DNA from: Candidatus Saccharimonadales bacterium
GTDB lineage: Bacteria; Patescibacteriota; Saccharimonadia; Saccharimonadales; 2-12-FULL-41-12
Length of the DNA: 64,000 nucleotides
Assembly (NCBI GenBank): GCA_041906505.1
Contig: JAYRJB010000004.1
Location: 6,045 to 70,044, forward strand
Direction: 5' to 3'
The notes below the pieces were generated by a model. It searched no databases. It saw nothing but the letters and a program-made list of their open reading frames with translations, and was not told the DNA's origin. The number at the start of each line of letters is the position of its first letter. Position 1 is the first letter of the stretch. The position numbers and the translations under genes are program-made. This document shows, in pieces, positions 9,269 to 17,265 of this stretch.

Positions 9269-10300
9269 CTAGAGTTTTATGTAGGTTCTGGTGGGTTGTT
9301 TTTCTTTGAGGTCATTCACGTACTGATTTGCATCCTTAAAACTGAAGTATATATGCGCAGCTCGTATCTGATTGCCTTTTGTTTCGAGGTTTTTTATTAT
9401 TTCAAGCCCATAGCCCGTGTCGACGACTTCTGAGTATTGGCCCGGCTTGAGCTTAAAAAGTGCATCAACTGTCCGAGGTGAAATATCTCGATTATTTTGG
9501 TCGATCAAAAATCCATATTCGCCACCAGCTTCTTTGGTGGCTGGATCTTCCGAAATTTCCTTGGCAAGCGTGGCGAAGTCTTTATTGTTTTTTAATTGCG
9601 CGAGTGCAACATTTGCTCGATCATGTGTATCGGTGTCAAGATGTGACACCAGTTTTTGGGCAAGGAGTTGGTGTTTTAGGCTTCTCTTAAAATCTCCCAC
9701 TGACCAACCCCAATAGTCCTTAAGCACTGCTTCAAACTCTTTATCATTCCCACCCAATCGATTTTGTTTTTTTACGACAGCTATCGCGTCGTTCACCTCT
9801 TGATCGCTGACGCTCACGCCGTTGTTTTTTGCCAACTTATCAACATAGGCGTCGTTGACCACTTTCTCGAGCGCTCTTTTTTTGAAATCGGCAAGTTGTT
9901 GTTTGCCCGCTTCGGAGCTAAAGTCTAGTTTTTGCTGGGACTCATAATAATGAGTGTAATGCTGGACTTCAAACAAATAGTCTTCATACGCCACAAACTC
10001 TGACCCCATTCTGGCAATCGGAAACGGCACCACCTTTGTAACCTTATACAAAAATGTTGATGTGCTCTTCATCTGATACAGAGCGACCACACAATACGAA
10101 AAGAAAGCTACCACCGCGACTAAAAACAGTGTGATCGATATTACGACCAACTTGTGTTTGCTGTGCTGAAGCGGATAAATATACTTGCGTGCCCCTTTTA
10201 GCACTTCTTCGCGGTGAAGTTCGATATTCTCGCTCGTTATTCGAGTCCCGGGCTGGTTTTCGGGCTTTTTCCTTCTAATTTTGTTGACTAGCTTTTTCAT
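9269..10300 (-). CDS. membrane-anchored parvulin-type peptidyl-prolyl isomerase (PrsA/SurA-like foldase)
   Basis: 343 aa. N-terminal TM helix LVVISITLFLVAVVAFFSYCVVAL, a SurA-like helical region, and a C-terminal PpiC motif (SEDPATKEAGGEYGFL...KPGQYSEVVDTGYGLEIIK). Confidence 0.8.
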   Translation of the reverse strand: MKKLVNKIRRKKPENQPGTRITSENIELHREEVLKGARKYIYPLQHSKHKLVVISITLFLVAVVAFFSYCVVALYQMKSTSTFLYKVTKVVPFPIARMGSEFVAYEDYLFEVQHYTHYYESQQKLDFSSEAGKQQLADFKKRALEKVVNDAYVDKLAKNNGVSVSDQEVNDAIAVVKKQNRLGGNDKEFEAVLKDYWGWSVGDFKRSLKHQLLAQKLVSHLDTDTHDRANVALAQLKNNKDFATLAKEISEDPATKEAGGEYGFLIDQNNRDISPRTVDALFKLKPGQYSEVVDTGYGLEIIKNLETKGNQIRAAHIYFSFKDANQYVNDLKEKQPTRTYIKL

Positions 10301-10836
10301 GCGTCGGCCTCACCCTGCATCATTGGCGGGTTATTAGCCACAATTCCCTTCTCTCTTAAAATTCCGAGGAGTTTTTTCTGAGTTTTTGCAGGATGGTGAA
10401 CGTCGTGAATTACCAAATCACCAACAAAGGTCTGCATCATTATTGTACCAAATCCCAGCACAGTTTCTTGAAATCCAGCGACTTCGTAGTTAACCATTTG
10501 AATTTGATTGAGCCCAATGTCAACCACACTTCGCTTCCATAGGCCTTTTTGGGTAATCTGTATAAAACGTTGGTCGGTCAAAATAAACACGCTGTAAAAC
10601 CAGGTAATCCAAGAGGGTAAAAACACGATGCCCGCCAGAATTAAACCTGCAGCGAGTCCTCCGAAAAGATATGAGTACTCTGGCTTGATGAGCGATGGGA
10701 TGGTACCAAGCAACACCGCCAGCATTGCCAGAATCAAACCGCGCCGCATCACAATGGGGTGTTTGCGAAAAACAAAAAGTAGCTCTTCGCCGTCAAGCTG
10801 ATCCTCAAAAAACTTTTCCGACTTGTTTTCGCTCAT
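10297..10836 (-). CDS. membrane protein with bacterial PH (YdbS/YdbT-like) domain
   Basis: 179 aa. EELLFVFRKHPIVMRRG followed by two TM helices, then a LTDQRFIQI...VVDIGLNQI-type bPH segment. ATGA overlap with the downstream PPIase gene. Confidence 0.6.
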   Translation of the reverse strand: MSENKSEKFFEDQLDGEELLFVFRKHPIVMRRGLILAMLAVLLGTIPSLIKPEYSYLFGGLAAGLILAGIVFLPSWITWFYSVFILTDQRFIQITQKGLWKRSVVDIGLNQIQMVNYEVAGFQETVLGFGTIMMQTFVGDLVIHDVHHPAKTQKKLLGILREKGIVANNPPMMQGEADA

Positions 10837-10864
10837 GCTCAGATACGATTATACCCTAGTAAGG

Positions 10865-10883
10865 TTGGTATCCCCACTACGAT
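10865..10883. repeat. 19-nt duplicate of the tRNA-Arg 3' end (att-like direct repeat)
   Basis: TTGGTATCCCCACTACGAT occurs at 10865-10883 and again at 11030-11048. The second copy covers the acceptor/T-stem 3' end and CCA of the tRNA. Confidence 0.8.
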
Positions 10884-11030
10884 ATCGCGCGGCTACGCCA
10901 CACTCCTCCCTGCAGTGCTCGGCAATAAGATAATCAAGATCGTCATATTGCCTGCGCTCCTCGTACGCCGAACTCCGTTCTCATAATAATTACATTACCA
11001 ATAAATACACCCCTAGCGGGGTGAATGTAT

Positions 11031-11105
11031 TGGTATCCCCACTACGATTCGAACGTAGATCTGCTCCTTAGGACGGAGATGTTCTATCCATTGAACTATG
11101 GGGAC
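11031..11105 (-). tRNA. tRNA-Arg (anticodon CCU)
   Basis: The reverse complement GTCCCCATAGTTCAATGGATAGAACATCTCCGTCCTAAGGAGCAGATCTACGTTCGAATCGTAGTGGGGATACCA folds as a cloverleaf. Acceptor GTCCCCA/TGGGGAT; D stem GTTC/GAAC with a GG loop; anticodon loop GTCCTAA; T arm CTACG-TTCGAAT-CGTAG; encoded CCA. Confidence 0.9.
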
Positions 11106-11126
11106 AAATATGACTCGCGTGTTATC

Positions 11127-11636
11127 TTACTGCTTTCTTTTTGGTTGCGTAAACTTCTCGTGAACTGTTGGGTAATTAAAAATTTCCGACTGACTAAACC
11201 AATGAGCAATTTCGGCCTTTGCTTCATCAACATCACCAGACGCATGAATAATATTCGCGATCCCTGCCCCTTGAGAATCGGCGTGATCAAAGCTGACATG
11301 GGCATAGTCCCCACGAATTGTGCCCGGTAATGCGCTTTTGGGTTCCGTGGTACCGACCATTTTCCGCACAATCGAAACAGCGCCAACCCCCTCTAACACG
11401 ACTGCGATCACTGGCCCTTCTTGCATGAGCTCGAGCGTCACATCAAAGGCTTTCTGGCCACGACGCGATATCATTTTGCTGATTGTTTCATAGTGATGAT
11501 GGTAGTGCTCGGCACTTGGTTGCAGCATCTTCGCGGCGACAATCTTGAGTCCTGCTCTCTCAAAACGCGTAATAATTTCACCAACAAATCCACGCTGCAG
11601 GCTATCAGGCTTCAAAATAATCAACGTCCGTTCCAT
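11127..11636 (-). CDS. ndk: nucleoside diphosphate kinase
   Basis: MERTLIILKPD..., GEIITRFERAGLKIVAAKM, and active-site NIIHASGD. Start set at the MERTL ATG (11636). Confidence 0.9.
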   Translation of the reverse strand: MERTLIILKPDSLQRGFVGEIITRFERAGLKIVAAKMLQPSAEHYHHHYETISKMISRRGQKAFDVTLELMQEGPVIAVVLEGVGAVSIVRKMVGTTEPKSALPGTIRGDYAHVSFDHADSQGAGIANIIHASGDVDEAKAEIAHWFSQSEIFNYPTVHEKFTQPKRKQ

Positions 11637-11712
11637 CAAACATCCTTCATACAATTACTCTCTTTGTTATTACAGTAAATTGTACCAAACAACACCTTAT
11701 CCGTCACGATTC

Positions 11713-11750
11713 AGTAGCACTTCTGTGACGATCGTCTCAAAAGTGCTACT
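11713..11750. repeat. 38-bp imperfect palindrome, copy 1 (operator, recombination-site or hairpin candidate)
   Basis: AGTAGCACTTctGtGACGATCGTCtCaaAAGTGCTACT followed by ATTTGTG. It ends 8 nt before the ATG at 11759. Confidence 0.85.
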
Positions 11751-11758
11751 ATTTGTGC

Positions 11759-12238
11759 ATGAATCGAGGTAATAAAACATCTACTCAATACATCTTGGAG
11801 GCACTTATTCCCTATTCCAAGGCCAACCTGCAGCTGGCTTTTAAGCCCGCTAAATTTTTCGCAGAACTCGAAAGACTCGACCAAGTCAAAGTGCAGACCG
11901 CAAAAACGTCATTCTACCGGGCCGTGAGGAAAGGTTTGGTTGAACTCGACGACCAAGGAATACCGCGCCTTACCGAAAAGGGCAACCGACGTGTGCTTCC
12001 CTTTTCGGCGCCCAAACTCAAGGGAGCTCACCTCATGATTGTCTTTGATATACCAGAAGCAGATCGCTGGAAGCGCGGACATTTGCGAGCCCTGCTGCAC
12101 GAACTATCGTTCAAACAAGTGCAGAAAAGTGTCTGGACGAGCCCCTATGATCATCGAGAACTCTTAAAAATGGAAATAAAGGAGTTGGGACTAGAGAAAG
12201 AAATACGCCTGTTTGAGGCGAGAGATTTATTAAACTAG
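11759..12238 (+). CDS. small wHTH protein with a Cas2-like/PaaX-C-like ferredoxin-fold C-terminus (putative regulator)
   Basis: The N-terminal half is helical (FYRAVRKGLVELDDQGIPRLTEKG). The C-terminal MIVFDIPEADRWKRGHLRALLHELSFKQVQKSVWTS matches the Cas2/PaaX-type pattern. ATG at 11759; the ORF track opens at TTG 11753. Confidence 0.55.
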   Translation: MNRGNKTSTQYILEALIPYSKANLQLAFKPAKFFAELERLDQVKVQTAKTSFYRAVRKGLVELDDQGIPRLTEKGNRRVLPFSAPKLKGAHLMIVFDIPEADRWKRGHLRALLHELSFKQVQKSVWTSPYDHRELLKMEIKELGLEKEIRLFEARDLLN

Positions 12239-12274
12239 TAGCACTTTTTGGACGATCGTCCAAAAAGTGCTACT
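12237..12274. repeat. 38-bp perfect palindrome, copy 2
   Basis: AGTAGCACTTTTTGGACGA|TCGTCCAAAAAGTGCTACT followed by TATTTGTG. It overlaps the stop codon of the 11759..12238 gene and lies 12-45 nt upstream of the candidate xer starts. Confidence 0.9.
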
Positions 12275-12319
12275 TATTTGTGAGGGGTGTTGGGGTGCGA
12301 GTGTCGTACAATGTGGGGT

Positions 12320-13249
12320 ATGGGCAAAGAAACACCGCATATGCAAGCGCTGCTGACAGATTTTTTAGAGTACCTCGAGATCGAACAAAATCGATCGCAA
12401 AAAACCATCGCCAACTATGACCACTACCTTACTCGCTTGATTGATTACGCTGGCGACATAACGATCGCCGAGATTACGCCAGAACTTATTAGAAAATGGC
12501 GGCTGTGGCTTAATCGACTTGGCACCAACAGTAGCGATGAACTGCAAAAAACAACTCAAAATTATCACTTGATTGCACTGCGTAGCTTTTTGAAATATTG
12601 TGCCAAACGCGATATCCCAGCCCTCAGCGCCGACAAGATTGAACTCGCCAGAACCAAAAGAAAACAGGTTACCTTCTTGTCTGGTGAAGAAATGAAGCGC
12701 TTGCTTGAGCAGCCAGACGACAGCCAAGTTGCAGGCTTAAGAGACCGGGCAATTTTAGAGCTACTGTACTCGTCGGGGCTACGCGTCTCGGAGCTCGTTG
12801 GTCTCAACCGTGACCATATTAATCTCAAGCGGTTGGAGTTCATGGTTCGAGGAAAGGGCCAAAAGGACCGTCCGGTTTTTGTCAGCCCGCAGGCGGCTCA
12901 GTGGGTAGAACACTATTTAGAAGCCCGCAAAGATAACAGCCCTGCCCTGTTTGCTCGTATTGGCGGCCAAAAAATCGCTGATAGATCTGGGGACCATCTG
13001 CGCCTTACGGCTCGTTCGGTGCAACGAATGGTGGCTCGTTACGCACTACTGGCGGGCATCACCAAACACGTCAGTCCCCACACCCTGCGACACAGTTTTG
13101 CAACCGATCTGTTGATGAACGGCGCTGATCTAAGAAGTGTGCAGGCCATGTTGGGCCACAGCAACATTGCAACGACCCAAATCTATACTCACGTCACCGA
13201 TCCACACCTAAAAGCCGTACACGAGAAGTTTCACCGAAAAAACGACTAG
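12320..13249 (+). CDS. tyrosine site-specific recombinase, XerC/XerD family
   Basis: N-terminal SAM-like core-binding domain (FLEYLEIEQNRSQKTIANY). Catalytic region includes GLRVSEL (catalytic Arg) and HTLRHSFATDLLMNGADLRSVQAMLGHSNIATTQIYTHV. The start is ambiguous among GTG 12287, ATG 12311, ATG 12320 and ATG 12341. TACAAT at 12307-12312 could make the 12320 start leaderless. Confidence 0.88.
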   Translation: MGKETPHMQALLTDFLEYLEIEQNRSQKTIANYDHYLTRLIDYAGDITIAEITPELIRKWRLWLNRLGTNSSDELQKTTQNYHLIALRSFLKYCAKRDIPALSADKIELARTKRKQVTFLSGEEMKRLLEQPDDSQVAGLRDRAILELLYSSGLRVSELVGLNRDHINLKRLEFMVRGKGQKDRPVFVSPQAAQWVEHYLEARKDNSPALFARIGGQKIADRSGDHLRLTARSVQRMVARYALLAGITKHVSPHTLRHSFATDLLMNGADLRSVQAMLGHSNIATTQIYTHVTDPHLKAVHEKFHRKND

Positions 13250-13250
13250 A

Positions 13251-14306
13251 CTAATTTATCGGGCAGTCGGAGAGGTCAGAATTCACCGATCCAGTTGGAT
13301 CCTTTTTTACGCTCAAAACCTTGCAAATTGATTCTGCAGAGTGGAGTGCTGATTCGACATTTCGATATTGGGGGTTGGAGGCGACCCGGACTTGAATTCG
13401 CTTCAGCACATCGTTAGCTCTGCCAGTCGAGTCGATCATAATTTGGGCGTTGTTGAACCGAACTGTGGCACCAGTCGCGTCTTTGCCGCTAATAGTCACG
13501 TCCGTAACCTCGTAAAGCGATCGGATATGCAACACGCTTTTTGGTGTGTTGATTCCCTTCAAGGTGATACTGCATTTTCTGGCGCCGCTACCGCTACAAT
13601 TGGCTTGGCCGATGATCCCTTGGTTATTAGGATAGGTTGACACAGGGCCAATGCTCCCGCCGTCATTGGCGTTCGGCAAAAGAAAGGCGTTGATACTAAA
13701 CCTGTTTATATCGTCCCGATTTCCCTTGTCGGCTCGAGTAAGGTCAATTCTCAGCCCACCCACGGTGCAACCTGTCGGAAGCTCTGGCGGTAAACTTGCG
13801 TTCCCTTGAGCAAAGTTACAACCAGACACCGTGCCGGCGCCGTTGGCGTCGTCCCAGCGAAAGGTAAGTTCGCTCACGTCCACTTGGGTTTGCCCGTCAA
13901 GACTTCGCCCTTCAATTGGTATCAATTTTGAGTCGTTTATCTGCAAATTATCCAACTCGATCGTTTCCGGGGCTTTATCGTAGAGTACACAGGTATAACG
14001 GTTGACGCCGTTCGGGCCATCAATTTGGGCATTAAGACCCAAATCATCGGTATCGCCGCACTTATCATTTTTTGTGGCCGCAGTCGGTGTTTTGTAGAGG
14101 TAATTCACTACATCATTCACACCGGTTTCGGCATTATAAAAAGCCTGGTCACTCAGTTGCCTATCCAGCGCTTGGCGTTGTTCGTTGCGGGCATTTTGGG
14201 ACATGGCAAGGACAATTAGCGACAGCATCAGCACGATGATAATTGCGACGATCAGCGATACAACACCCTGTTCGTCATTCTTTAGTTTTTTGTGTGTGCT
14301 CGACAT
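13251..14306 (-). CDS. PilX-N-domain pilus-associated protein
   Basis: 351 aa. N-terminal EQGVVSLIVAIIIVLMLSLIVLAMSQNARNEQRQALD is typical of the PilX N-terminal domain. Large Cys-containing globular remainder. Confidence 0.65.
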   Translation of the reverse strand: MSSTHKKLKNDEQGVVSLIVAIIIVLMLSLIVLAMSQNARNEQRQALDRQLSDQAFYNAETGVNDVVNYLYKTPTAATKNDKCGDTDDLGLNAQIDGPNGVNRYTCVLYDKAPETIELDNLQINDSKLIPIEGRSLDGQTQVDVSELTFRWDDANGAGTVSGCNFAQGNASLPPELPTGCTVGGLRIDLTRADKGNRDDINRFSINAFLLPNANDGGSIGPVSTYPNNQGIIGQANCSGSGARKCSITLKGINTPKSVLHIRSLYEVTDVTISGKDATGATVRFNNAQIMIDSTGRANDVLKRIQVRVASNPQYRNVESALHSAESICKVLSVKKDPTGSVNSDLSDCPIN

Positions 14307-14317
14307 AAGTACCTACG

Positions 14318-14947
14318 CTAATTTAATCGTCTTTTTACAGAGTTGTCCAGTAGTGAGGTGGCACAGAAATTGCTGCCGGCAATTCCAGACTTACAGTTGG
14401 CGTCCTGTAGTGCGGAGTTACTTATTGGATTGCCATTATCATCATAGTGGGTTAATAAGTCATCATCACCGTAGGCAACTTTAATATCTATTTTAAATAT
14501 TTTGTTTGATGCATCCGGCGTGACTTCAAACTTCAGCAAACGCATGTTGGTCTGCAAAAATTCCCTACCACTTGGATCACCTCCACAAGTATCACTTGCT
14601 TTGATTCGATCAATTTTGAGCCCATAGTCGTTTGGGTCTGACGTTCCTCCGACCTTCTTGTTTAATTGATAGGTGTATCGGGTATCACCAATGCAGAATT
14701 GTTTTTTGGGATCATTTTGTTGTGCAGGATCCACCTTCCGTAGATCGGCGTTGGCGAACTGGATCGTTCGGGTCACCTCTTCTGAAATATTTCTGACCGT
14801 TTCTTGGGTTTTAGACTGTAAAAGGCCCTTGTAGTAGCTTCTGCCGATATGAATGGCTGTGGTGGTCGCAATCAGCAAGACAATACTAAACGCCAGTGTT
14901 GCCACCATTAGTTCGATCAGCGTAAAACCTTTATTGTTTTTTTTCAT
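14318..14947 (-). CDS. type IV pilin-like protein (minor pilin, PilW-like)
   Basis: Prepilin signal MKKNNKG|FTLIELMVATLAFSIVLLIATT, with Glu at +5. Confidence 0.8.
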   Translation of the reverse strand: MKKNNKGFTLIELMVATLAFSIVLLIATTTAIHIGRSYYKGLLQSKTQETVRNISEEVTRTIQFANADLRKVDPAQQNDPKKQFCIGDTRYTYQLNKKVGGTSDPNDYGLKIDRIKASDTCGGDPSGREFLQTNMRLLKFEVTPDASNKIFKIDIKVAYGDDDLLTHYDDNGNPISNSALQDANCKSGIAGSNFCATSLLDNSVKRRLN

Positions 14948-15023
14948 GTGTTAGCCACCAGAAACTACATAAAGCATAACCACTACTGTAGATTAAAGTC
15001 TTAACAAGGGCAAGGCTTAGCGC

Positions 15024-16643
15024 TTATTGGTTTTTTGTGCCGACCACTCGATTTGTTAGCGCTTGGCGATACTTCCAGCCGATTTTTGTGATAATCACGA
15101 CCGCGCTTGCCATCAACACCCACTCCCCCAGCTGGCTATAGAGAGTTTTTGTGCGGTTTGTCATAATATCGGCCGTAATAAGGCTCGGGTTGGCCTGGGT
15201 GGTAGAAGCACGTACGCTGCCGTTATGATCAATGATCGTGCTACTGCCGGCCTTGGCAGACTGCACAAAGGTCCGTGCGTTACTGACGGCAATGAAACGG
15301 GCAATTTGTTGGGCTTGGGTGTGATACGTCGGCGCGTTCGCAAACATGACGAGCGATGCCGAGTTTGTCAGCAACTCGGCGCCAGAAGCCACTTGCGTCC
15401 GAAACTCTTCTGGGGTAATTGCCCCAGAACACGCCGTGGCGGCAATGAGCTGTCCATTTGTAAGAAACGCCGTAGCTTCTGTCTGTCCTTTATGAATCTC
15501 CCGGCTGCCGCGAATCATCTCTAGTGTTTGGGTTTGGCCCAACAGCTTATAGATGAATTCGTAGCTGTAGGGCATTGCCTCGCCGACCGGAATCAGAAAT
15601 GTTTTGTCGTGTTGATACAACGGTTGACCAGAAGAACCATAAACAGTGAGCGTATTGTAATTCTTGCCGTTTTTGGTTCGTTTTTTTGAGGTAATTATTG
15701 GGGATTGCGTGCTCGACATGAGCTTATCCAGGGTGACGCTGTCCGCTTCTTTATTCTTTTCAAAAATCGACACATATTCTGGGAGTACCAAGACATCGAG
15801 ACTGGCTGGTTGTGTTTGCGTTTTCTGGGCCTCGGTAAGCGCTGTAGCTGTCTCACTTGGCGCGGTGGATGCAATTTGTAGTGCACCAACCGTTTGCCCG
15901 GAGCCGTTGGGTACCCGATAGCCAGCGTAGCCTACCCCACACAAAAGAATTACGGCGGCAAATACTGCGGCGCTCGGCTTCCAGCGCTTGTTCAGTAACC
16001 AAAAAAGCGCCAGATTTATTAGGATTACTAAAATGCCAAGACCGTAAAGGCCAACAAACCGGCTGGCATATACCAGTAGCGTCGAACTGGCGGGAAAACC
16101 GAGATCCCCAAAATTCCAATTTGCACCAAGGCTGCCGTTGGAGCCATACATTGCAACCGAATACAGCCAGCTGCGAACAAATTCACTGACCACCCACAGC
16201 GTTGGCACAAACAAAAAAGCTTGCACCGAGAGCAAACGCAAGTTTAATAGCCGATAGGAACAACCAAAAAGCACAAAACCGAGCGACAAAACTCCCGCAA
16301 AACCAAGATAGGTAAAGAGTAGCCCAAACGTCACCCAACCGCTTTTTAAGCCAGCCAAGAACACCGTGTCGAGCTGAGCAACCCAAAAAAGTGCAGTCAG
16401 CATCATGACAAGGCCGGCCAGCCAGATAAAAAAGACAAACCACCGAAACGGTAGCTTTTGCTTCTCGAGTTCATATACCATATACAGAAAAGGAATTACC
16501 CCTACAAAGACGAGCCAGCTTGCTGCGACGCTGACAAATGGCAGCGCCAAGCAAATGCCTGCAATAATCGACGCGGCGAGCCAGACTATTCGCCGTCGGC
16601 TAGACAATTGAGCTGAAGTTTGTTTTTTCGTATTCTCTACCAC
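15024..16643 (-). CDS. lnt: apolipoprotein N-acyltransferase-like protein (polytopic membrane domain + CN-hydrolase domain)
   Basis: 539 aa. About 8 N-terminal TM helices. CN-hydrolase triad context: VLVLPEY (Glu), HDKTFLIPVGEAMPY (Lys, the Lnt-type K..LVPFGE motif), ATACSG (Cys). C-terminal TM helix. Confidence 0.75.
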   Translation of the reverse strand: MVENTKKQTSAQLSSRRRIVWLAASIIAGICLALPFVSVAASWLVFVGVIPFLYMVYELEKQKLPFRWFVFFIWLAGLVMMLTALFWVAQLDTVFLAGLKSGWVTFGLLFTYLGFAGVLSLGFVLFGCSYRLLNLRLLSVQAFLFVPTLWVVSEFVRSWLYSVAMYGSNGSLGANWNFGDLGFPASSTLLVYASRFVGLYGLGILVILINLALFWLLNKRWKPSAAVFAAVILLCGVGYAGYRVPNGSGQTVGALQIASTAPSETATALTEAQKTQTQPASLDVLVLPEYVSIFEKNKEADSVTLDKLMSSTQSPIITSKKRTKNGKNYNTLTVYGSSGQPLYQHDKTFLIPVGEAMPYSYEFIYKLLGQTQTLEMIRGSREIHKGQTEATAFLTNGQLIAATACSGAITPEEFRTQVASGAELLTNSASLVMFANAPTYHTQAQQIARFIAVSNARTFVQSAKAGSSTIIDHNGSVRASTTQANPSLITADIMTNRTKTLYSQLGEWVLMASAVVIITKIGWKYRQALTNRVVGTKNQ

Positions 16644-16704
16644 TGTTTACCAACCATGATATTATATACCATAAGAAGTTTGTAATGACTGGAGTGTTGA
16701 TTTT

Positions 16705-17238
16705 ATGAGTACCGCTTCCCCCGCACCGAAACGGAAAAAATTACTGATTGTAGGAGCCATCGGAATTATCCTAGTCACAGTTGGCGGGGGTCTAATCTAC
16801 CTGCAGGTTCGAGATCGCCCGTTTAGCAATCCGCCCAAACCAAGCGCCTCGAGCCCAGGGCCGTCACAAAATGTAATTACTCAGTTTGAAGACAGTGTTC
16901 CCAGCGGAACAATTAGCCCCTCGGAAATCACAAAAGATCCAAACAAATTCAATGGCAAAGAAGTAAAAGTTCGTGGCAGTATTGTCCAAATGACTGATGG
17001 CAAGTATTTTGTGGTTGGGCAAGAAAAAACCAACCCGCCTGCAATAGCGCTTGACCTTGGAAACAGTGGTATCAAGATCGAAGACTATGTTAGTGCGTAC
17101 GCGGATCCAAACAAGACTACTCCCCAAGAAGTTGGCAGCAATACGCCCAAAAACGTTGGGCCTGTGACAATTACGGCGATTTTTAGCGGTGGGCCAGCAG
17201 CCACCAGCCTACAAGTCAAAAAGATTGAGACCAAATAA
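16705..17238 (+). CDS. membrane-anchored hypothetical protein
   Basis: 177 aa. N-terminal TM anchor LLIVGAIGIILVTVGGGLIYL, then a Pro/Ser linker and a small beta-rich domain. It is the only plus-strand gene inside the pilus cluster. Confidence 0.55.
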   Translation: MSTASPAPKRKKLLIVGAIGIILVTVGGGLIYLQVRDRPFSNPPKPSASSPGPSQNVITQFEDSVPSGTISPSEITKDPNKFNGKEVKVRGSIVQMTDGKYFVVGQEKTNPPAIALDLGNSGIKIEDYVSAYADPNKTTPQEVGSNTPKNVGPVTITAIFSGGPAATSLQVKKIETK

Positions 17239-17265
17239 TCCAACTTGTTAGCTTTTGCGCGAGCT

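Noticed and set aside
11759-12238. Cas2-like motif (MIVFDIP...QKSVWTS) as evidence of a CRISPR-Cas locus
   Set aside because: The window has no cas1 or other cas genes and no repeat-spacer array. The two flanking palindromes are only two copies separated by a gene. The motif fits PaaX-C/Cas2-fold regulators better.
12287-13249. Tyrosine recombinase as a prophage or genomic-island integrase
   Set aside because: Its motifs and length match housekeeping XerC/XerD. No phage or mobility genes are adjacent. It lies on the 5' side of the tRNA, not beside the duplicated 3' end.
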